From the NCBI GenBank assembly GCA_003344405.1, contig NOWV01000119.1:62001-126000 (forward strand): DNA of 64,000 nt, read 5' to 3'. The notes under the pieces were generated by a model. The model was given only the letters and a program-made list of their open reading frames with translations, did not search any database and was not told the origin of the DNA. Made by a program: the position numbers and the translations under genes. Origin of the DNA: Trichoplax sp. H2. Its lineage: Eukaryota. Shown in pieces: positions 51,915 through 64,000 of the stretch (positions are counted from its first letter, which is position 1; each line of letters starts with the position of its first letter).

Positions 51915-53883
51915 TTAAAATAGATAAGGTTTCAGCGGTATACCAGAAATAGGCTTAGGATTGGACTGAGCTGAAAAAGGCTGACTAAAGTAATAACGCC
52001 AACAAGCTAATTCTTCACGTAAAGCGGCATTTTCTGCTTTTATTTTAACATTTTCTTCTTCTAACCAAGTAGCACGTGAGGCAACTTGGTTATCTTTTAA
52101 CTTTCTTGCTTCGCGAGAGCGTTTAGCCGATTCATTATTTCGTTTCCTTTTGTCCCAATATTTGTCATCTTTGCGATCATTTGGGACCGGCGTTTTGGAT
52201 TTCTTGCTGGCAGACAGATTTGCTGATTTCTTATCTAGAGCTCCAACAACAATCCTGACGTTGTCCATGTTACCCTCATGAGATGGTAAGGTTGGATATA
52301 AATTAGATTTCAATGTAGGATAAATTTGTCCGTTACGAAGTGGATTAATTGATAGACATTTCTGTGACATGACGTCCATTCTATGCATAAAGCAATACTA
52401 AAACATCAAAAATAAAAACTTGTTAAAATAGCAATATCGACATAAAATTGATCAATCTTTATTTTCAAATACAAGTTCGTTTTGCAATTTTTTTACCCAT
52501 AATAGATAGTATTTTCTACATTCAGTAGTGCTATCGAATAGTTTATGATTATACTAACGCGCTATACAAATGTAGCAGCAATGCTTTCTATTGCTTTATT
52601 GTCTATGATGCAATTGCGTGTTTTAAGTGATCATTTTTTAATATCTATTTTTATTTATGCAACCGTTTACTTCATCGTGTCCTACTTTAATAGTTACGTC
52701 GTCTGACATTAAAATAACAATCATATGTATGCAAACTACTTCTTATTGTTATGTATATGCATTGATATTATATTTTTAAATGGCATAATTTGAATAAATT
52801 AACGTCTACTCAATGACAGGTCAAAGTTGTTTTAATTAATTGCCAACTTGTTAATTGGAATGCCGAATCAATCAACTTAAACCAATGATTGATTTTGTTT
52901 AATATCTTTCATGTTTTGTCAGACTTGATAAATGTTTCTTTTTACAAATATTCCAATTAATTAAATATTATCTGCCTATCATTACTATTCGATAATTTAA
53001 ATATTCTACTTCATTAACACAATGTTTCTCAATGATAACAATTACTCGTCAGAAAACTTATGGTGATACTTAATCATCATTAAGTATCAAATTTATTTTA
53101 TGGTAAAAAAATGATGAGCGACTGAATTAGCGATATCTGATAGCTGGTTGCAAGCAACTTGTATCGTAATCATTCATTATGTTCTAGTAGTGACACTGTA
53201 ATAATTATGATTCATAGATTACTGTTGCGTATTTTGCAATGAGCAATAACGTAACTATCTATGGAAGCCATGTAAAAACTAGCAATTTCTGAACAGACGA
53301 AAGGCTGTACCCCAAATTTAGACCTTTATAAGGTCCGATGGAATAGCATGGAACAGATTTGATGAAGCAAGTGTTATAAGTTATCGCAATTCAAATAGAG
53401 TATTAAGTAATTAACTCAATAAATTGATTCAGAAAGTTGATGTATAAAACTAGCCGCTAAGAATAAAGTAGCTTAGAACATTCCGAGCCACTGAATAGAG
53501 AACTAAGCAATTTTTATTGCTCTGAAGCAACTCAACAGGATACAGTAATATATTGAGCAAGCATGTAGTAAGAAATTTAACTCGCTGACTCGAGACAAAT
53601 CAATTTTAAATACAATTATGATTTACGAACTACTTATTATGTTAAGCTTATTAAGGAAAGCCAAAAAATACATAATGTTAACTTTGGAAGTAAGGTTAAT
53701 TAAAAGCATGCTTTGATTAATTATAGATATCAACAACATGATCATCGTCAAATGTAAAAATTTTTAATACAAATATTCTTAACGTAAGAGATTTTTTACT
53801 AATTTAAGATGTAGTCCAAAACTGCTTACCTCAGGTGATAGTGTACTGCAAGACAGACAATTTTGTTGGTTACGATCCGTCAT
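51915..53883 (-). CDS. PAR-bZIP transcription factor (HLF/TEF/DBP/Pdp1-like), 2 exons: 53883-53830, 52397-51915
   Basis: KDDKYWDKRKRNNESAKRSREARKLKDNQVASRATWLEEEN parallels the PAR-family extended basic region and zipper. A putative first exon MTDRNQQNCLSCSTLSPE ends GAG|gtaagc and splices in frame to ttttag|TATTGCTTTATG. The first exon is less certain than the bZIP exon. Confidence 0.88.
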
Positions 53884-56800
53884 AGTGAATCAATTAAGAA
53901 ATATGATTAATTCAAGTATAGAATTGAGGTTATGAACAGATTAATTGGTTAAATCCTGTATATCCAAGTATAGCCAAGTGATTAATTTATTTATTTAATG
54001 TCGAATATATTGGTAAAATCTCTTTTCCAAAGGAAAGAAGGCTGTCTTAGCTACGAAAACAGAAGAAAAAATAGAATTAATTTTTCATCAAATGGACAGA
54101 CTATCACTCTAAAATTATTGATGATGTTGATTCTTAGTTACATCAATACTAATAAAACCACCTAATGATAAGACGAACCTTTTCTCAGACTAGATCACCT
54201 CGCACTGCCGTGCTGTTGTATAAATGATGTCTTTGCATATGTATCTAGGTGCCTTTTATATACTAGGGATCAACTGTTAAACAATTCTTCTTATTTAATT
54301 TTAAAATTGTCGCTCGATGGGCGGTTATTTGTAAACATTAATTGTTCTGCCCAATCAAGGATATGAAGACTAATTGATAGATAACGACAGTCAATATATC
54401 CAGCTGACAAGATCATCTTGATTCGAAAGATTTCAATTCACTTCATTACAATATTACGATATTTCATTACGCAATCACCCAAAGAATAACTCAATATGCA
54501 TATCTAAGTTCGTTAAAAGTTATTTTTTCTTTTTTATTTTATCGTCTATTTATTGACCCATAATATTTATTAGTATTTCTATCGAGACATATGGTTGATT
54601 GAAAATCACTGTGTCCATCGATTAGAATTCATTCTTTATTATAGTCTAGGTTGTGACAAAATAAATTCTTTATCAATATTCTCTCTGTATGAGAATGTCT
54701 TCAAAAATGATTTATTAATATGGTTAAAATAAGCCATTAATATCGATTTTAATTTAAAGAGCTGACTAGAGAGTAGAGTATAAAGTGTTTATAACTAGAC
54801 GATAGTTCCGCCATGCAAAAGTAATCGATATGCCCGCAAATACGATCATTTATGTATTACCTTGAACTTTATCTTAATTAACTATCGTGTATTTGTTGAT
54901 TTAAGGTTTAGACCTTGTAGGTGCTTTTTATCATCTGCATACTCCATATTATTTGCTTTAGTACAAACTATCAAGACATATCACCAAGATGTGAGAATTT
55001 AACTTGACAGTCTGTAAATATTCGTCTATTCAAACAGAAACAACATGGAACCAGGAGCTATTCGTTTACCATGATATCGATATCTTAAATCTAATCAAAT
55101 AGATAGTGTGATTACTTTTTTATTTAAAATATGAATATAATCCAACAACATCACCGTAACCATTATAGAGCTAACAAAAAGCTAAGGTTACCGTGATTAC
55201 ATGCTTTTTCATAATTTTTAATCATACTGTTTTAATTTAGTAGCACATCCGTAAGCTAATATTTTATCGACATCGTCATTATCAAAAATAAATTTCCTTT
55301 CCATTGTTTATGATATTTTTCTACATATTTTTGATATACCGAAGAGATAAAACTAATATAATAAACTATTCTTGGAGCAAAATAGAGATCTGATCTTGGA
55401 TACTTTGTTACATTTCTTAATAATGAATTAGCTATTATAATAAAGTGTCAAATGTAGACGACAATTAACTGCGATGAAAACTTTCATTAATTTTTTATAA
55501 AATAGCGTAATAATGGACAATAATATACTATCTTGAAATAGTACATTGTGCTGTCTATAAGCCATCGAAATACAGCTGTATGGGTTCAATACAGTGGTTA
55601 AAGACACTTTAAAATTTCTCAATGTATCTAAATGATTAATGAAAAGGAGCAGAAAAAATCAATTGCAGCTAAGCCAAAGCAATGTTTATACTTCATGAAT
55701 AACTAGAACAGATAATCGATAGATATACATAATTTGATCTTGTTTTTATGATCAAGTATAATCAATGGCCGGAATCAATATAGAGAATTAAAGAAGATAT
55801 TTAATAGAAGCTATAAGTAACCTAGGCTTGATGATTTAATCATTCTTTTGTCGATACTAACACATACTTGATAGGTAATTACAGGCATATATTTATAGAG
55901 TCAACTTGTTGTAATGGCCTTTTATCATCTCTTTGACTCTATTATGCGCATATAAAATAATTATTAATTTCATTCGGAAAAGAAATCAACACTATCGTGT
56001 TCTTTACCTTAAGTACAGTCAATTAATCAATAATAAGACTACCCTTTATTATCCTTTTAACCAACATTGATACATCATCGCATCAGTTTTAATTATTGCA
56101 AAAGGACTTTTTCTGCACTAACTATTTTATTCTTTCCCTATTTTTAATACTATATCAATTCATACGTTGTTCTTCAATAGTGCATCTTAGATTTAACAAA
56201 AAATATTGATTAATCGTTTACTTCATCTATCGTTTTCTAATTTTACATTAGAGTTATTCTAACTGTTACGCAACAGAAGCTGTCATGATATTGACTTAAT
56301 ACTAATTAAGAGCCCTTGAAATTGTTTATTTACACTTGACAAAGAATCTTGGCAAAACAAACATACGCTAATTAACAATAACTGCAGTTATTAATAACTT
56401 AGACGTGATTTTTTGTTTTGTTTGTCGTGGACTACCCGCTGGTCTGTTCTATCCTTACTCTTTACAAACTAGGTCAGTAATGTGTATCATGTATACAAAA
56501 GCAAAGCTGTCTTAACTAAATTACAATTATATCAATCATTTGCGTAGATTGATCATCAATGAAAATTGTTTATTGTAAGTAAAGATATGATCGACTATCG
56601 CAGTAATTACTTTATTCCGTTAGAAAAGATAAAAGAATGGATGATCAGCTTCGATAATTAGCAACGATCTCTTTTATCATAATTAACATCTTTCATCGCC
56701 TTTCACCTATGATTAGGCTACTTCATATCATGGATAAGCTAATTCATTTTCAAGGTATAATTAAAGATGATTGCGAAAAAAAATTATTGAAAATGGATGA

Positions 56801-59800
56801 GTTTATGTCGGCTTCTTCTCATCATCCAATCTACTGTCTCCATAATAAGCACATTGAACTTATTCAGTATATAGAGATTGGGAGAGAGTTTTGTTTCAAT
56901 TTATTAAAAGATACATTACCACAACAGATTGCCTGAGGCAATCTAGTTCTTAGTTAGGAAACTCAAGTACGGATATAAAACTGTATTGTTATCAATCAAA
57001 TTCCAAACAAAACAACAGTTAAGATATTTTTCTTGTTACCTACGCCATTTGGTTAATGACAGCAGGTCTAATTTAATGGGACGCGTGGCCATCTATTATC
57101 TTGCACAATATTAATTCAAAAACAAACCACTTCCAACTATAACTCACGTTATGTCACGAAAGGATCATTGCAAAGTGTTATATAACCCTATGGATTGAAT
57201 CTTTTGATAATTTTTCTAGCCAGGATTGACGTTAATTACTTGGGGAAGAAAATACGTCATTTACTAGACACAGACTACCTTGATGATCAAGCTGCTATCT
57301 CGTGTTTTTAATCCATAATAAAAAAACAGTATGGCTTTCTAATGTAGGGTATGACTTAATATACAATCAGCATAGTCAAGAATGATGGAAGTATATCAAA
57401 TAGGAGTCCTTGAGATATTATTTTTTTACCTAACACCGTATCAAAATGCATACTGGTAAATAGCATGATATCGTGATGAAAAAGTAGACAGAGTTATTGG
57501 AAGCAATTACAACTCGGTGTCATCCGACGTAATACGAAAAAATTACCCTAATTCATCTATAATATCCAATATTCACTGGATAATGATCCATTGATAATAC
57601 TTAATCTTCTAGTCAACAAATTTATCATATTTAATAGTATTGAGTAATAGACGTCTGCAGATCATCTTTTTTCTTCATAATCACCTTCGTCGAGCAGATT
57701 CAATTTCTTTTCATTCTATTTTCCGGCGGTTACATTAATAAGCATATTTGATATCTTTTCTTTAATTTCTTTTATTATTCTAACAATGATTTTTCCGATG
57801 TATCCTATCAGCTATTTCTGATCATTTTCTTTTATTCTCAAAAATATTCTATCGCTGTAATGGCTTATTTGTTGCCAGGTTGATGATTACTTAAGTAAAG
57901 GGACTAGTTATTTGACGGTATTACACCATTTCCAACAATCCATTACTTAATAAATCGCGATGCGCAAATAGGCTTTCATAACGGTTAATTCCGATAATAT
58001 TGAATAAAATCTAATTTTATCAACGTTCCGAATACAACTCTATGGCATTCTAATGGTATACAGTTATAGTAACGCAATCGTTAAGGTAAAATAACTATCG
58101 TTATTCAATTATAATGTAATCCTATTGAAGAAAAGCAAACTATAAACATTTCCCGTTGCAATGATTATTTCTTCTTTTATTTTCCCACCTCTCTTACTAC
58201 GATACTGTCTACTAGTCAGAATCATCCTATCAATTTGATTAAGAATGGTGAATACTGTCACTTTAAATTATACTAATATCTATATTCTTCTACTTAATCT
58301 TGACAATGTTAAAAAGAGCACTTTATTTTGAAATGTGTAGTATCAGAACGCTATCAAATTTGAAATTGCGCACAATAGTTTTTGAAAAACTATTATAGAC
58401 AATTAAATGGAAATAACAGCTGGTAATCCTGTCGCCTGTTATGAAGTAAAATAAAATTAGAGACAATAACACAAAGTTACATGACCGATTGTTGTTATAA
58501 TGTAACAAAGACATAATTCTATACTAACGAGGAGGTTAATGATGATTTATATGCCTTTAGGAATCTTCATTTCATACACTACTTATGTAATATGTAAATT
58601 GGTACCTAGATTGCTAAGAGTAATTTTATGCTTCAAATAACAGGATACGCTGATTGCTCGCTTTGATTCTGTCTAGGACTAAAGTTGAGGATCACGTAAT
58701 TTTGGTAAATATTCGAATCCCATTTTAGCGTTTTATAACGGCACAGCCGCATTTGTAGCAGCAGCTTTAGACTGTCGATGATATATACCATCCATGTGAA
58801 GATAGCTTAATTAATAAATTAGTCGATAGATGATGTTAAATTTGATTTAACGTCTTTATTCAACAATGGTTCATTTAATCTCCGAATTCTCTCGCTTAAT
58901 TTAACACCCAATTGAGAACGACGTCACTTTTAATCATAATGAAAACTAACAATTAAGAATAATTAGAATTGTTAATTTTTAAAACGGTCTCTATGGAAAA
59001 TTGAGAGCGTAAACATCGACTATACAAATTATGGTGATAATAATAATTTGCAACCTTTAAGCCTGTAAAATCTCTTTAACTGATCAAAATATCTTTATTG
59101 AGTATGGACGCGAACAGGTGATGAGGATAAAGATACTAAATACTATAGCCATTAAAATTTAGTCAAGCGAGTAAGTCTATTACAACTTGCATGGTTGGCT
59201 AGAGCTACTCAAGATTTTAGGCTCGCTCTTTTAAAAGCGTAATTACTGGCATGATTAAATTTTAAAATCAGAAACATTCCTCCTTTATATAAATGGTACA
59301 TTAAAGTCTTTGCAATAAAGCGTCATTAAATTTAGGAATTAGATGTATTCCTTCCATTTAATATCCATGCTACAATAACATTGTTGCAATGCAAGTTCTT
59401 TAAATTTTGGAATCAGAAGTATTAATTTTATCGTTGTAATAAAAGACTGTTTAAAATGTTTGAAATTAGTGTACCAATAGAGGAAAGTGAACTAAAAATA
59501 ACCTTTTGCTTTACGAAACAAGTGTACATCTATACCATTAGCCCTATAATAAGTTATAGAGTATCACATCTTGTATTTTGAATTATTCCGAAACGCTATT
59601 TGTCATATGAACTGAGTCACGAAAATGAACAGTATCAACTTTATCCGACCCGAAGGAATCGACCAAGCAATCAAAACAACTTTTTAATATGCTTTTGAAT
59701 GAATTTAATGAATATGTAAGTCCTTTATTTTGATATACGCAATCTTATTTATAAAAGGTTTAGCAAAACACAAGTATATATCTGATAAACAGACCTTGTC

Positions 59801-61101
59801 TGAAACTTTCAGTCCAAAAATAATCGATAAATTATATATCTTACATTAGTTTATTTTTGACTAAAAATACTAGATCTGCCATAAATTAGTTGAAGAAATT
59901 TTAAATTTAGACCTTAATGGCAATAGCTGAGATACAAATGACGCTATCTTCACTATCTAATAGTAACAGATTACTTAAGATACCTAAATAGAGTATGGAA
60001 ATTTTATTTTTTGCCTATTTAAATAAATGATTTTGTTATAGTTTTGACAATGTTTAATAAAAATAAATAACGCTGGGGCATCCAAAAAACACTGATCTGA
60101 ATATTCCTAATTATCAAATAGTCGATATCTTTGTATTATTGTCTAAACAGTCTCTAGCTAATTTACAACTGTAAATATATATTAACGATACGATGGTGCT
60201 TGACATTCGTGTACAGGTTTTGGGAACTCCAACAATAGAATAAGCAAGGAGACGTAATAAAAAGGACAACCTATTGCGTTTAACTTACGTATGTTCTATT
60301 GCTATTACAATTTTTCGGCCATTACCGTGCTGTAGCTAAATAAAGATTAAAGCACGTAAACATAAATATTTATCAATCTATAATCATATCATGTTGTAAA
60401 TTGTTAAATAATGGCAGTTACTATTTATGATTTTATATAATCAATGTCGCTTTGTTAAAGTGGACCTAAGTAGCTTAATAAACGGCTGCATGGTGGCTGC
60501 CGTAGCAGACTAAAGTTACGGAGAATTATACAAACAAGTTAATAATTTCAATAATCCGACTGAAAAGATGATTTAAATAGTACACAATGTAACTATTGAA
60601 TAAAACGACTTCCGTTATCCCTTTGATTTTACAATATTATCACCACTATTATTAAGGTAAAATATTAAAAAATGACTTACTATTGATTTATTTGTAATCT
60701 AATGTTAAACATTAGATATTGATGTGAACATACTTTTAACAATATTGTTCATGCAATTGATGAATAATTAATGAATAATTATATATTATCTTACCTTTTT
60801 GGACTATAATTAAATGGATCTGCACATTGACATACAACTACAGAATTGGTAATCAAGCATGAATGGTTGGATTGAAGGTCATAAATCTAAATAAACATCT
60901 AGTAATACACCGCTAGAAAGTCATGTTATTGTGTTCTCTACAACAAACTCATGCTTGTTTTTATTGCGAGATTAACAGTAAATGCCAGTTAGTCAAGGTA
61001 ATATATCTGAAGTACAATAAGGGTAATAAAAATACTATATATATATATATCCCGACACCTATAACAGGCGACGTATATCCACATAAATCTTTATCAAGAC
61101 G

Positions 61102-61744
61102 ATGGTAAATTCTTCCTCAAACTATCAACCGGAGTCGACTCTATACGCCGATACCGAAGCTCCGTTAGTAGACCCAAGCATGAAAAATGTAATTTTAATT
61201 AATTGTACATGATAGAATAACTCCTTGACTTATGGCTAAAAATTAATTTCTGGTCTGATCATGTATTTTGTTCGAAAGTAATTTCTACAATATAAATAGT
61301 TAAAAAATTTCAATTTTATAACTTCGTTTTTATGACTAGATCAGCCGACCAGACAATATTAATCTTATGAGAACAATGCAGAAGGAAGAAACTGCATCTA
61401 ATAGCTCTATCGAGCCATCATGTCATTACTCTGCCAATAGCACAATTATTAAATCATCATTCATTCGAAAAAGCAAAATTCCTGTACCAAGTGAGCAGAA
61501 AGATTCCAAATATTGGAATAAAAGAAAGCGTAATAATGAATCTGCAGCTCGATCCCGTGTCAAGAAGAAATTGCTCAATTCTCAGATGATTAATCGTGTA
61601 ATCGAATTGGAACGACTTCATCGAACATTAAAGGTGCAGAATGTGAAATTGAAGAATGAGTTGGTTCACTATTATCAACAGCCTGTTTATTACTATCCTA
61701 AAACTAGCCAAGTTGTTCGTTCCAGTTACCTTCCACTTGCCTAA
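61102..61744 (+). CDS. Second, more diverged PAR-bZIP-like transcription factor, 2 exons: 61102-61188, 61340-61744
   Basis: The bZIP region reads KSKIPVPSEQKDSKYWNKRKRNNESAARSRVKKK...RVIELERLHRTLKVQNVKLKNEL. The first exon MVNSSSNYQPESTLYADTEAPLVDPSMKN splices in phase 0, and a TATA-like (TA)n run lies at about 61036-61050. Confidence 0.87.
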
Positions 61745-64000
61745 GTAGCCAATTATAGGATGGTCAAAATTAAAAATGTAAATTTGAAGAATAAATTGAT
61801 TAGAGTAAATCAATTGCCTATTGCTATTGTCGCAAAACTTATCAAATTGTTTATTCTAGTTATTCCATACTGACCTTAATCATAATTCTATCGCTAATTG
61901 CGGTCTTAAATTATGAAATCTCACGCTAAATCAGTTGGAGTAATATTAATAGCTGTTTGCTATTTTTCAATTTCAAAACTAATGCAATCAATTTTATTCT
62001 CTAAATGCCATTCTACAATCAGAGAAAACTTATTACATTATTTTCTTTCAAGTTTGAAGTGATATTTTCAGCGGATACTTAACTTAACTGACTACGGTTT
62101 CATATAGCGTTCATATTAACGCATTATGCCGTAGAATATGCGCTAAATGAGTGATCCAACATCACTTTATCTATGCCATCTAGAGGTTTGCTTGGTATGC
62201 TTTCCTTTAAATAGTCAATATAAATTTATTGCTTAACTGTATTATCATGTTCATGTGTAACGTCTCATTAATTATTGAGGATAACCGTATTCTTGCTATT
62301 ATTGAAAAATTTAATTCTTTTGCTATCGTTATTTGCAGTAGAACGTGTGAACGGTATTTTAAATTGAAATTTGAGTGGTTGCAATTTAGCATTTAAATTT
62401 AAAGCATAGAGGATGATTCGATGTTGTTATCACTTGTATAATTATACTATTCAATTATAATAACTTTTAACAAATATCTATGGTAGTTTATTCGCTATCC
62501 TGGAATATTTGACTTTTTTATCTCATATATTTAGCCTATCATACATAAAATTAAGGTAGAATCAGTATATAAGCTATGATTCAATTGAGAGAGAGCTATG
62601 ACCATAGTATTTGAAATCAGGAATAGAGTTGCTGATTCGATATAAGTTTTGACGTTGCCAGTAGTATTATAATGCCTTTTAAAGTCTATAAGTACCTGTA
62701 AAGTTAATATACCAAGTTATTACTGTTAGCATAGAATTACCATTTAAAATAATAGTTACATTAGAACAACGTCCATCGTCAATAGCAAATATATTTCTTA
62801 ATATTATTGATAGTAATAATGAAGTACTAAAAATACAGTATAAGGTCATTATTGCCAATCTAATTGTATTTCCTTCTATTTCTGAAAGTCTTAACTGTCT
62901 CGATGCATAATATTTTATTATAACCATGATTACCGTAGCAAAAGTAACCATGAAAATAATGTGCAAATTATAGGATATGGCACAATTGTGTTTTATCCTT
63001 GCTAACAATTAGCACTATAGCCCATAAAAGATTAGGCCATAATGATTTCCATTCGCCATAAACAAATGTTATATTGATTATCTTATTTAACTTTAAGAAA
63101 TAAAAAATTTTTGATCAAACTTTCTTACAACATAATCCATTTCATTACGGACTCTATACATGAAATACTTTAGCCACTCGGTAAACAAATATGTTAATTA
63201 GAAATCTTAGTGTGCTATTCGTACTACAGCCGTCTTAAGCCAATTAACACAAAATTTCTGAAGAGAGATACGTATATCAAAAGTTACAGTCACTACAGAA
63301 TCTCTACCATTGCCTACTTTAATTAAATGCTAACTATCGTACAAGAAATAGATTACTCTTCATTTACGGATAACTGTGTTTTAATTACAAATTTCATATG
63401 GAAACTATTTTGCTTTAATTTACTTTGCAATGAACTCATGGGCAAAGTTACTTTATTTCCCCTTTCTTTAGGCCTAATTATCTATTTGTATCTTAATTTT
63501 TTATTTTTATCAGATATTTTTCTAACCTGTATTACGACAATGTGATTAATAAATGTTTTCTTCCCAACTTACTTCATTCTTTTACAATTTTCAACGTTCC
63601 TATCCAGTTTAGCAGAAGTTAATTGATTTTAGTTGTTCAAGGACTGCAGAAAATTGTTTTTAAATGAATAAAAGTAATTCGAATAGTTTCGTTAACCACA
63701 GAATTGTATTTGCTGATATGCTGCTCAGGCACTTACGTTGCTGAGAATTATACTTGCAAAAATATCAAAGTCAAGCAAAATATGCTTATATTATACACAA
63801 AAGTTTAGGTTAAATAGAAATTCTTTTTATTACTTGAGCAAATGCTTTAATTAATTCATCCGAAACTAGAAATTAGGTGCTCATAAGATAGGATTTGCAT
63901 TTCAAATAAGATGCTAAATAGAAACTAAAAATAGCAGATACCAATATGAAATACATATTACCTAATCTGCTGATCTGGTCGAAGCTCTAAAATACAAAAA

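Noticed and set aside
53064-53089. 11-bp hairpin TGATACTTAAT-CATC-ATTAAGTATCA in the bZIP intron
   Set aside because: It is short, AT-rich and seen only once, so it is plausible by chance in 64 kb.
43114-61744. Circadian or light-response gene cluster (opsin-like GPCR plus PAR-bZIPs)
   Set aside because: Adjacency is the only evidence, and the receptor lacks the retinal-binding lysine.
62679-63008. 109-aa hydrophobic ORF on -
   Set aside because: It has a non-ATG start and an Ile-rich composition typical of AT-rich non-coding DNA, with no family motif.

Overview
This is AT-rich, intron-dense animal genomic DNA. The composition, short introns and gene content suggest a placozoan (Trichoplax-like) genome, which is an inference. 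I assembled the spliced genes by hand from splice sites and translation: LAMTOR2 (-, 4 exons), an intron-containing tRNA-Leu(CAA) (-), GOSR2/membrin (+, 8 exons, one GC-AG intron), a 16-exon GABA-B-like class C GPCR (-), RRS1 (-, about 15 exons), a class A GPCR with an intronless CDS (-), and a head-to-head pair of two-exon PAR-bZIP genes. Three non-coding signals stand out. (1) A strand-oriented 13-mer, ACAGTGTACAGTA, lies inside TAC(A/T)GTA arrays 200-330 bp upstream of all three housekeeping genes, and a fourth copy has no matching gene. (2) There are three copies of a 434-565 bp TGTCAC...GTGACA solo-LTR-like element with terminal hairpins, two of them with 5-bp TSDs. (3) There is a perfect 35-bp inverted repeat. 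No prokaryotic features or CRISPR arrays were seen.
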